This document shows positions 1 through 8,104 of a stretch of DNA of 26,912 bases, piece by piece. Made by a program: the position numbers and the translations under genes. The stretch is from Candidatus Pacearchaeota archaeon (GTDB taxonomy: Archaea; Nanobdellota; Nanobdellia; Pacearchaeales; GW2011-AR1). The notes under the pieces are model-generated. The model was not told where the DNA came from. It saw only the letters and a program-made list of their open reading frames with translations, and made no database searches. The first letter of the stretch is position 1. Each line of letters begins with the position of its first letter. The DNA is taken from the NCBI GenBank assembly GCA_016866975.1, contig VGKP01000012.1:1-26912 (forward strand), in the 5' to 3' direction.

Positions 1-163
1 AGAACCGTAGGTTCTTAGGAAGGGAGTTGACCCACAAGAACCGTAGGTTCTTAGGAAGGGAGTTGACCCACAAGAACCGTAGGTTCTTAGGAAGGGAGTT
101 GACCCACAAGAACCGTAGGTTCTTAGGAAGGGAGTTGACCCACAAGAACCGTAGGTTCTTAGG
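1..163. repeat. Perfect 36-bp tandem repeat, 4.5 copies visible, running off the left edge
   Basis: Unit AGAACCGTAGGTTCTTAGGAAGGGAGTTGACCCACA at 1, 37, 73 and 109, partial at 145-163. Read across the unit junction it forms the hairpin AAGAACC-GTA-GGTTCTT. No spacers. Confidence 0.97.
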
Positions 164-167
164 TTAC

Positions 168-515
168 TCATGGTCCAAACCTCACTCTAATCGTATCAAA
201 ATCCTCAAAACATAATCTGACCATATCATCCATCTGTCTTCTCATTTGCCTATGTTGATCTTCAATAAATTCAACCATTTCTTTTGGAATGCTTATAGCA
301 TGGCTATTTCCCACAATTCTTAATTTTACATTAAATGTCTTATTCCTAAGCTCTTTAAAATGTTCCAGTCCATTAATGTCTGCAGGGTGTATTATCTGCT
401 GCTTGCATTGAGAACATTCAACTGCTCTCAACTCAAAACCATCTCTTTCAACTATAGTCTTATTCATCTCTTTCTTGCATTGTTTGCATAAAATCTGAGC
501 ATCAAATATATCCAT
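168..515 (-). CDS. Zn-ribbon plus AbrB/MazE-like DNA-binding protein
   Basis: CKQC...CSQC pairs, then KLRIVGNSHAISIPKEM (AbrB swapped-hairpin signature). Start placed at ATG 515 (MDIF) because an AGGAG SD-like motif precedes it. Confidence 0.7.
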   Translation of the reverse strand: MDIFDAQILCKQCKKEMNKTIVERDGFELRAVECSQCKQQIIHPADINGLEHFKELRNKTFNVKLRIVGNSHAISIPKEMVEFIEDQHRQMRRQMDDMVRLCFEDFDTIRVRFGP

Positions 516-541
516 TCTGTATGTCTCCTGTGTATACACAA

Positions 542-577
542 ACCGTATATACCAGACTATTTAAATATTTCTATACT
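542..577 (-). promoter_or_regulatory. Promoter copy 1 of a 36-bp direct repeat (TATA box plus GTATATAC operator-like palindrome)
   Basis: 34/36 identical to 1170-1205. TTTAAATA on the minus strand. Adjacent perfect palindrome TGTGTATACACA at 529-540. Confidence 0.75.
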
Positions 578-586
578 GCAATAAAA

Positions 587-952
587 TTATTTCACAAACT
601 CAACACCTTCAAGACTCTTAAACTCTTTATCGCCTGTAAGAAATGGAATCCCTGTGCGTTTAGCCATTATATATCCTATGCAGTCTGTAATTGACACATT
701 CCTGTTTTTCCAGGCTAATCTAAACTTCATTGCTTCTTCTATCCATTCAGGATTAACTGAGGAAATAAATTTTGAATACTTGTCTATATATCCCCTTAAC
801 AAGGGCTCTTCCTCTTTATAGAGATTGTAGCAAAACTCTGCAAAAATAAAATTATTAATTACTACATTGCTATCAAGATAAGGCTTATAGTTTTCATTGC
901 CTTGAATGATTGCAAAAAGTGCATAAGTGTCAAAAATAAATTTAGATGTCAT
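587..952 (-). CDS. vapC: PIN-domain VapC-family toxin
   Basis: FIFDTY, FAEF, SITDCIG and LTGDKEF acidic PIN motifs. Overlaps the upstream AbrB gene. Confidence 0.9.
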   Translation of the reverse strand: MTSKFIFDTYALFAIIQGNENYKPYLDSNVVINNFIFAEFCYNLYKEEEPLLRGYIDKYSKFISSVNPEWIEEAMKFRLAWKNRNVSITDCIGYIMAKRTGIPFLTGDKEFKSLEGVEFVK

Positions 953-1163
953 AAAGTTCTTTATCTGCCTCTTTAAGCATTTTATCTATAGATTTCTTAG
1001 ATTTGGCTGTGCCAAATGTCTCTTTTAATACGTTCCCTTTTTTAATAAGAATAGCGTCAACTTCTTCCCCTTCTTTAAGGCCTTTTCTTTTCACAACTTC
1101 CTGAGGAATAACTATTCCATACGAATTGCCCCATTTAAGGATGCGTGTAGTAACTTCGACCAT
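942..1163 (-). CDS. vapB: AbrB/MazE/SpoVT-family antitoxin (VapB)
   Basis: ILKWGNSYGIVIPQEVVKRKGLKEGEEV AbrB signature, directly upstream of a PIN toxin. Confidence 0.9.
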   Translation of the reverse strand: MVEVTTRILKWGNSYGIVIPQEVVKRKGLKEGEEVDAILIKKGNVLKETFGTAKSKKSIDKMLKEADKELYDI

Positions 1164-1169
1164 GTTTAT

Positions 1170-1205
1170 ACCGTATATACGAAACTATTTAAATATTTCT
1201 ATACT
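1170..1205 (-). promoter_or_regulatory. Promoter copy 2 of the 36-bp direct repeat, upstream of the AbrB-VapC operon
   Basis: TTTAAATA about 25 nt upstream of ATG 1163. CGTATATACG palindrome at 1172-1181. Includes the stop codon of the upstream vapC. Confidence 0.8.
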
Positions 1206-1594
1206 AAAGGAGTCAATTTGAGCCCTTGTATTTTTGAGAAGTGTTTTGTATTTATTGTCAAAAGAGACTCATCTTGAACCATACAAATAGCAGCAATTAA
1301 AATATCTGTTAATTCGATCATCTCTCCTCTTTTTTTAAGATCTTCTAAAATTTCTGCTGCCTTTTGGGAAGCGGCATACGAAAATTCAAAGTGGGCCAAA
1401 CGTTCTAAAAACTCAATAGCATTTCTTTTTTCTTCTTCTGTGCGTGACTTGAGAATGCCTCTCCATATTTCAAAAGTATTGATGCATGTTGTTGAAAACA
1501 GATGATTTGTTTTTTCTAATCGAGAAAGGAGTTGCATTGTTGAAGGGCCTTTCCTAAAAAGATTAATGATAATATCTGTATCTATGCGGACCAT
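1199..1594 (-). CDS. vapC: PIN-domain VapC-family toxin
   Basis: RIDTDII, TFEIWRG, IELTDILIAA and LLTINTKHF PIN motifs. TAATG overlap with the upstream antitoxin frame. Confidence 0.9.
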   Translation of the reverse strand: MVRIDTDIIINLFRKGPSTMQLLSRLEKTNHLFSTTCINTFEIWRGILKSRTEEEKRNAIEFLERLAHFEFSYAASQKAAEILEDLKKRGEMIELTDILIAAICMVQDESLLTINTKHFSKIQGLKLTPLV

Positions 1595-1809
1595 TATTGG
1601 AATCTTCTAGAAGGAAGTTTTCTACTCTCATAAATCTCTTTCTTTATCTCATCAGCAAAATCTGTATCCCAGATACCAGCAAACTCGAGAAGAGATTTCT
1701 TTTTTCTCTCTCAGAGAATCTGAAGAAGAATCTCAGTAAACGATTTCTTTGCATTCACTTTTCTTAGTTCCGCATATGCCTCATCTGAGATGCTTATCAC
1801 TTTTACCAT
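1594..1809 (-). pseudogene. vapB: VapB-type antitoxin (DUF217-like) interrupted by an in-frame TGA at 1713-1711
   Basis: Manual translation: MVKVISISDEAYAELRKVNAKKSFTEILLQIL*ERKKKSLLEFAGIWDTDFADEIKKEIYESRKLPSRRFQ*. The terminal TAA overlaps the vapC ATG. Absent from the ORF track. Confidence 0.85.
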
Positions 1810-1826
1810 GTATGCATGCATACATG
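1807..1826. promoter_or_regulatory. Perfect 20-bp palindrome over the antitoxin start codon, likely autoregulatory operator
   Basis: CATGTATGCATGCATACATG equals its reverse complement and lies between a TTTATATA box and the ATG. Confidence 0.7.
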
Positions 1827-1864
1827 CACGTATATAAATTATTCTTATGTAAAAATCAAAAGCG

Positions 1865-1886
1865 CGATGCGCCACCACACCTTGAA
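1865..1886 (+). repeat. Truncated chimeric fragment of the 117-bp repeat family
   Basis: CGATGCGCC from module 1 joined to ACCACACCTTGAA from module 2 of the 8105/13542 repeat. Confidence 0.6.
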
Positions 1887-2024
1887 CCTCGAGAATGTGA
1901 ATCCACTATGGCAGTAAAGAATTAATAATTCTCGATATTTACTAATCCTTAATGGCCATCAAAAACAGTAGGTTCCTGAAGAGTGTGGAGTTTTCGTCAA
2001 GTTCCTTTACTTAATATCTCTTAT

Positions 2025-5000
2025 TTAAGGCCCGGTGAATAACATAAATCTCAACATATCAGGATATCCAGGTACATTTCCATCTTCTCCCGCAGTAACC
2101 TTAATTGTTGCTTTCCTCGTTGTATATCCTTTTGCTGCAATTTCAAGAGAATATGTCCCTTCCGGAACATTTGAAAACTCATATATTGGAATAGAGCTTG
2201 CTCCGCTTTTTAATTGATTAATCTTTGACGAATATGACTTGCCATCTTTTGATAATGTTACTATAGCATCACTCATGGTTATCTGATCATCATTAACAAC
2301 CCATATCATAATTCCGGCAGTTCCAGTTTCTGTACTTCCTCCGCCTCTGCCCGAAGAGACACCATTCAAGAAGAAAGTCACTCTATTATTACCAGTAGAG
2401 TCAACCTGAATCAATGCTCCAGAAGTTGTCATAGCTTCACTTATTGTATTGATATCTTGTCTCGTCCTGAAGTTTAATTTTTCAGAAGAAACGACATTTG
2501 TATCAATTGCAGGCATTATGATACCCGCCCCTTCATTTTTTAATGGAATACAATGAAGCTCACCGCTAGAATCACCGATTAAAATTGCAGGACCATTACC
2601 CTCAAATCTACATCCTTGACCGCGATAGTGAGAAAGAACAGGGTCATCAGGATCAAAAGAGATATTAAGCATCCACCCAATATTCTGATCAACTCGCCAA
2701 GAAACAGGATATGTAATTTTTCCAGCAGTGAAATAGGTAACATCATGAAATCGTGGGGGAAGGTCAGTATCCTGTACTCTCTTTCCTTTGCCTAAAACAA
2801 TTCCATCAGCATTGGGTAATTGATAAGTAACAGCTCTATCGAGAATAACGCTATTCTCATTTTCATAAGAACCTGTAGATAATATGGTAAACCAAGCTCC
2901 TCCAGTTAATTGAATCTTCGGATAGAGTGTAGTTTCAAACCCTACACTTCCTGATCGTGCACCATTACCCCAAGTTATATTTGCGCTTCTTCCATTGCCC
3001 CCTGTTGAAGTTGTAGCTACATAGTAAGTATAACCATCAATATTGGATGAAGTACCATTCATAACTCCAGTTGTAAACTCAAATTGTTGATCGGTGAAAT
3101 AATCCCTAAAAACAGTTTTATTAGTTGCACTCGTCCCTCCTCCAATAGACATTAGTTGTAATATTCTCCCATTGCCTCCTGCATTGACTAAAACAACATC
3201 ATAAAGACTTAGATTTCCTCCTTCCTTAACATGAATCTTATATCCTTTACTATCTGCCAACTCGATTTGGTCAAATCGTGAATTTGCAATTCCATCCTTA
3301 TCTCTCGCATAAAATAATTGACTTACTTTACCGCCACCACTTGCATATGGGAAAGTAATTCTTGCATGGATATCATTGTCAGTATCAATTATTATGTCTC
3401 CAGATTTTCTGATTTCTCCTCCGCCTCCTCTACCCGAAAAGCCCCAATCCAATATTAATATAGTAATTGATCCCACTGTTCCTGTCTTTGTCGCATGGAA
3501 AACATCCGTCACATAAAACACAATAGGATTATTGTTTAAAGGATCATTGGAAACTGGAACATCATAAATTCCTGTCTTACCAACATTCTTTGATCTCCCA
3601 TCAATAATCAAAGTTGCGGAAGTTGCACTTGAAGTACCTTTCAAAGTTACAGTATGTTTCGTTCCATAAATATCGCTGAGAGTTATACTCTCACCTTCCA
3701 AAATAGTATACTGCTGTTCGCAGGTAGCCTCGGGAGAAGAACCATCTAGCAGAAGCACTTGCACATTGCCTATTACTCCTGTCTTTGTTGCATGGAATAC
3801 ATCTCCAAGATAAAGTGTAAAAGTACCCTTCTGAGAATCACCAAAAACTCTCTGAGTTCCCTTACCAAATTCTCGTACTTCACCATCAACAATCAAAGTT
3901 GCGGAAGTTGCACTTGAAGTACCTTTCAGAGTGATAGTGTGTTTATAACCATTATTATCATAAAACACCTTCGTCTTACCTTCTTCAATCATCAAAGAAC
4001 GAGGATCAATACATGAACTTATTGGTCCTCCGCCTTGATTTGGATTAGGAGTAACAGAAGCAAACTGCTTCATAACACCATAATCAGTATCAAATCTTCT
4101 CTTGAATGCCTGAACAATAGAATCACTTGTACCCAATTTCTTAAACCCTTCAGCAGATCCAACTGGCTGCATAAATATAAGGCTATATTCACTTCCTTTA
4201 ATATACCATAATACTCCTCCATCATCTACTTGGACTAACTCCACTCCTTTATTGCTTTCTTCAAAGGATTCCTTGAGATTAGATACCATCTTCTTAACTA
4301 TATCTTCCCCTCTAGTAACACCAACATAAGATACCTGATATGACTTGCTGCTATCTTGCTTTGCTTCGTATATTGCATAGCTACCCTTCACACAATACTC
4401 TCCCTTCAATCCTGCAGCCGCAGCACTAGGTTCGTTGCTAACATCAGTACAAAACTCTTTCTGCTCCTGCACAGAAGATTCTCTTACAAATCCTTCAATA
4501 ACTTTAGGCAATATCTCTTTCTTATTTCCTCCTCCAAATAACCCTCTCCACCAACTCACAAACTTCTCCCAGAACCCTTGTTCAACGCAGGTGCCATCTA
4601 TACAAGCATTAGAGCCACATTCCCAGTTATTCTCGCATACATCATCTTTAGCTTTCTGGTTAACCATCAATCCATTAGTACTGCAGTACAATCCATTTTT
4701 CCTTGTGCTTTGTATAATGCAATCTCCCTTGTAGTCGCACTCATTGCTTCTGCAGGATGTCTTTCCAGTTGTCGTAGTCGTTCCAGTTGTCGTACCTGTA
4801 CTTCCTCCGCCCCCACTCGTAACTGAAACAGAACCTGAATCTAAAATCAATAAAGTAATAGAACTTTGAGTTCCAGTCTTAGTTGCATGGAAAATATCGG
4901 CAACATAAAAGATAATGGGAAAGTTATTAACTGGATTATTGAATTGCTTGATATCATAAATCCCTGTTTTTCCGACATTTCTTGACTCTTCATCAATAAT

Positions 5001-7676
5001 TAAGGTTGCAGATGTTGGACTTGAGGTACCCTTAAGACTAACCGTATGTAATCCCCCATTGATTTCAGAAACTTTAGCTCTCTCCCCTTCCAAAACGGTA
5101 ACTTGCCTTTCACAAGTAGCCTCATAAGACCGCGCATCAAGTAATAGGACTTGAACAGAACTTTGAGTTCCAGTCTTAGTTGCATGGTAAACATCACTTA
5201 AGTAAAGAGTAAATTTTCCAGACCCATCAAACCCAAAACTTTGTTGAGTTCCTTTTCCAAACTCTTTAGCTACTCCATCAATAACCAATTTTGCAGAGGT
5301 CGAACTTAAAGTGCCTTTGAGACTAATAGTATGACTCTTGCCTATGTTCCCCATAATTCCCTCATTATCATAAAAAGTCTTAATCTGACCCTCATCAATA
5401 TTCAAGGCACGAGGATCAGTACATGAACTTATTGGTCCTCCGCCTCCTGAACAAGGAGCAGGTATACTTGAAATCATTGGCTTGCCAGGTGTAAGGAATC
5501 TTGTAGTTGTGCCTTCAAGTACTGTTGGAACCAATATCATGTCGCCATTCTTCTTGATAAATAAGAGTGCAGGATCATTCAATTGCAAGTCTCCTCCAAT
5601 ACGGAAGTCGCTCAAATTAAGACTATAGTCCTTAGACAAACTAGCAATAGTGCCAAAAGCAATCCAATTTCCATTCTTCAACTTGACTTTAGAAATAAGA
5701 GAGTCAGTACCCACGTATCCATAGGATGCCCCAACACCCCAAGTAAGATTAACATATGTTCCAAGTCTTCCTAAACGACGAGTTTCAGCATAAACATAGT
5801 AAGTCTGCCCATCGATAATTCCTGAGGTCTTATTATCCACTCCAGTCGTGAAAGAAAATACCTCTCCAGTCAAGGCATCTTTGAATACTGTTTTATCTGC
5901 GCGGCTTGTCGCACTGCCGATTGCAATAAGTTGTAAGATTCTTCCCTTGTCATCTGCATCAACAACAATAAAGTCGCCTAATGAAATATTATCTCCTTCT
6001 TTAAAAATATGACCTGATCCAGATCCATCTATTCCCAAAGTCGGATATGCGAGACTATTAAGAACGCGATCCCAATCACTGGCATAGACAAAATTACTTA
6101 CTTTGTCAGGAGCAAGAGCAGATACAAAATCTGCTCTAAGGCCGAGCCCATCTGAAGACCTCTGTATATTCACATAATCTCCCTCATTACTTATAGTTAC
6201 AGCATCAAGTCCCGTATGAACTGTAATTTGAGCACCACTAGAATCCTTACCTGTAGCTTGCTGATTATCACTTTGATTAGTACAGAGATTAGCGTCTTGA
6301 AGCTTCTTAGTCGAAGTAATTATAGTAGCATTAGAGTAACACTGCAAAATATCTCTTTGCTTGCCTTCAAACCCTGCAACAGCACCATCTCCCCAAGTTA
6401 TATTCACACGGTCAAACTTATTGGCTCCTGCTGAGCGATAAGCAGCAACATGATAAAGATACCCATCTATATACCCTGAAGTAGCATTCTCGTATCCCGT
6501 ATTAAACTTAAACTCCTCACCGGTAAAAGCATCCATGAAAACGACATTGGCTCCAGCTGTCGCCCCAATAGTACCATAGGGTATGGAAGTCAATTGCAGT
6601 ACCCTGACTTTATCCTGGTGATATGGAGAAGAGATAAAAGTATAATTACCAAGTGCAAGAGATTGTCCTTCAATTCTAGCCATATAATAACCATGAGTAA
6701 GGCTGTCGATAAAGCGAGGGATTTTTGCCTGGACAGAGAGGCTGAGACCATCACAGATATTTCTATCTGTTGAGGAAGTAATAGTTGTACAAACATTTAT
6801 AGTACATGTTGCACTGCACAACTTAGGGCATGCTCCATTGGCTGTTCCAAGGTCACAGTTCTCTCCTCCTTCTTTAAGTCCATTTCCACACACTGCTGCC
6901 GCAGTAGTAGAAGACTTAGATAAAGAGAAAGTCACATCAGAATTGGTCCCAGATCCTACATAGACACTCTTAGAAACAGAGTTAAATCCTGAAGCGCTTG
7001 CAGTTGCAGTATATGTGCCTGCAGGAATATTTGAGAAGACTAGACGGCCATTTTCAAGATAAGGGGAATATATCGCTCCTCCAGACTGTAGCTTCACACT
7101 TGCGCCACTGATAGAGCCAAGAGTGCCTGAACCGCTTCCTATAGAAGAATCAATAACATAAAATCCTATAGTTCCTTTTGATGTGCTTGTTGTTCCAGAG
7201 CCTGAACCGCTTCCACTTCCTGAACCGCTCGCCAATGCAGTCAGATACATAGCAACGCCTGTGCTAACCGAAGTTCCAGAATAAGCAGTCTCGCTCTTTG
7301 ATTGATAACCTGATGCGCTTATGCTTATAGTATAACTCTCCACAGGAATATTAGAAAAAACATAGAAAGTACCATCAAATGAGGCAGTATAAGTACTACT
7401 TCCTCTCGTCGCAACAACATTTGCATTAGTAATGCGCGAACTTGTAACACTGTCGGCTACATAAATTTTCAAATATCCGCTGTCAGATGTTGTTCCTGAA
7501 CCGCTTCCACTTCCTGAAGTTACTTGCCCAGTAGCTTTAGACTTTCCAAAAAGGCTGCTGAACCAATCTCCTATATCGCTAAGACCAAATGCTGAAGATA
7601 GAGAAATCGAAGAGAATATAATAAGGGTCGTAAAGACAATAGCAACAGATAATTTGACAGCGTTTCCTCTTTTCAT
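2025..7676 (-). CDS. 1883-aa secreted mosaic cell-surface / S-layer-like protein
   Basis: N-terminal signal peptide, Gly/Ser/Thr linkers, three carboxypeptidase-regulatory-like beta domains, a CGNG..EGGENCD Cys-rich repeat, three RILQL..F.D..T..F.TG..IDG..Y.V..NITWG repeats, two copies of a 200-aa double-repeat unit and an internal Cys-rich/WW..LFG module. Confidence 0.85.
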   Translation of the reverse strand: MKRGNAVKLSVAIVFTTLIIFSSISLSSAFGLSDIGDWFSSLFGKSKATGQVTSGSGSGSGTTSDSGYLKIYVADSVTSSRITNANVVATRGSSTYTASFDGTFYVFSNIPVESYTISISASGYQSKSETAYSGTSVSTGVAMYLTALASGSGSGSGSGSGTTSTSKGTIGFYVIDSSIGSGSGTLGSISGASVKLQSGGAIYSPYLENGRLVFSNIPAGTYTATASASGFNSVSKSVYVGSGTNSDVTFSLSKSSTTAAAVCGNGLKEGGENCDLGTANGACPKLCSATCTINVCTTITSSTDRNICDGLSLSVQAKIPRFIDSLTHGYYMARIEGQSLALGNYTFISSPYHQDKVRVLQLTSIPYGTIGATAGANVVFMDAFTGEEFKFNTGYENATSGYIDGYLYHVAAYRSAGANKFDRVNITWGDGAVAGFEGKQRDILQCYSNATIITSTKKLQDANLCTNQSDNQQATGKDSSGAQITVHTGLDAVTISNEGDYVNIQRSSDGLGLRADFVSALAPDKVSNFVYASDWDRVLNSLAYPTLGIDGSGSGHIFKEGDNISLGDFIVVDADDKGRILQLIAIGSATSRADKTVFKDALTGEVFSFTTGVDNKTSGIIDGQTYYVYAETRRLGRLGTYVNLTWGVGASYGYVGTDSLISKVKLKNGNWIAFGTIASLSKDYSLNLSDFRIGGDLQLNDPALLFIKKNGDMILVPTVLEGTTTRFLTPGKPMISSIPAPCSGGGGPISSCTDPRALNIDEGQIKTFYDNEGIMGNIGKSHTISLKGTLSSTSAKLVIDGVAKEFGKGTQQSFGFDGSGKFTLYLSDVYHATKTGTQSSVQVLLLDARSYEATCERQVTVLEGERAKVSEINGGLHTVSLKGTSSPTSATLIIDEESRNVGKTGIYDIKQFNNPVNNFPIIFYVADIFHATKTGTQSSITLLILDSGSVSVTSGGGGSTGTTTGTTTTTGKTSCRSNECDYKGDCIIQSTRKNGLYCSTNGLMVNQKAKDDVCENNWECGSNACIDGTCVEQGFWEKFVSWWRGLFGGGNKKEILPKVIEGFVRESSVQEQKEFCTDVSNEPSAAAAGLKGEYCVKGSYAIYEAKQDSSKSYQVSYVGVTRGEDIVKKMVSNLKESFEESNKGVELVQVDDGGVLWYIKGSEYSLIFMQPVGSAEGFKKLGTSDSIVQAFKRRFDTDYGVMKQFASVTPNPNQGGGPISSCIDPRSLMIEEGKTKVFYDNNGYKHTITLKGTSSATSATLIVDGEVREFGKGTQRVFGDSQKGTFTLYLGDVFHATKTGVIGNVQVLLLDGSSPEATCEQQYTILEGESITLSDIYGTKHTVTLKGTSSATSATLIIDGRSKNVGKTGIYDVPVSNDPLNNNPIVFYVTDVFHATKTGTVGSITILILDWGFSGRGGGGEIRKSGDIIIDTDNDIHARITFPYASGGGKVSQLFYARDKDGIANSRFDQIELADSKGYKIHVKEGGNLSLYDVVLVNAGGNGRILQLMSIGGGTSATNKTVFRDYFTDQQFEFTTGVMNGTSSNIDGYTYYVATTSTGGNGRSANITWGNGARSGSVGFETTLYPKIQLTGGAWFTILSTGSYENENSVILDRAVTYQLPNADGIVLGKGKRVQDTDLPPRFHDVTYFTAGKITYPVSWRVDQNIGWMLNISFDPDDPVLSHYRGQGCRFEGNGPAILIGDSSGELHCIPLKNEGAGIIMPAIDTNVVSSEKLNFRTRQDINTISEAMTTSGALIQVDSTGNNRVTFFLNGVSSGRGGGSTETGTAGIMIWVVNDDQITMSDAIVTLSKDGKSYSSKINQLKSGASSIPIYEFSNVPEGTYSLEIAAKGYTTRKATIKVTAGEDGNVPGYPDMLRFMLFTGP

Positions 7677-7760
7677 CGTATCAAAAACATATTCTGTTAT
7701 TTAAACATTTCTCTTTCTCTGCAGATAACATAAGCTCATAGATAAGCTAGATTTAAAGAT

Positions 7761-8000
7761 CTATATCCTTGCCTTTCTTGCTGAATGGAAGTTTATGGGA
7801 GATAATGTATGCTTCGTCAATACCTTTGGGCCTTCCCGCTTCTCTTTTTTTGGTTTTTTGCCTTGATTATGCAGAAAGCAGTGTTCACGCAGAGCATCTA
7901 AGATGACTTGCTGCAAAGAAGGATAAGCAAAAGCTTCTTGCTCGCGTTTGAGATGGACAACCATTTGTTATGGAATGCTTAATAACACTTTTTGAGGCAT
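7761..8000 (-). pseudogene. Ribbon-helix-helix-like regulator with an in-frame TAA at 7970-7968
   Basis: Manual translation from ATG 8000: MPQKVLLSIP*QMVVHLKREQEAFAYPSLQQVILDALREH. The beta-strand/helix/helix pattern is continuous across the stop. The ORF track shows only the part from 7964. Confidence 0.6.
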
Positions 8001-8104
8001 ATATCTTTTAATATATTATTATATCTAAATATATCTATCATTTTCACGTATTTTAAACAACGTCGATAAAACCTCAAAAAATCAAAATATATTAATTCCA
8101 TCAC

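Noticed and set aside
1-163. CRISPR array or TIGR array call for the 36-bp repeats
   Set aside because: Units are contiguous and identical with no variable spacers, and no cas or Nop-domain gene is in the window.
27-215. ORF with THKNRRFLGREL repeats
   Set aside because: By-product of a stop-free 36-bp tandem repeat; it also overlaps a convergent real gene.
3442-5447. Diversity-generating retroelement template/variable repeat pair
   Set aside because: The duplications are in-frame protein domain repeats, I saw no adenine-restricted mismatch pattern, and no reverse transcriptase is in the window.
7120-7520. Recurring CCTGAACCGCTTCC-type DNA repeats
   Set aside because: They encode GSGSGSG linkers of the surface protein.
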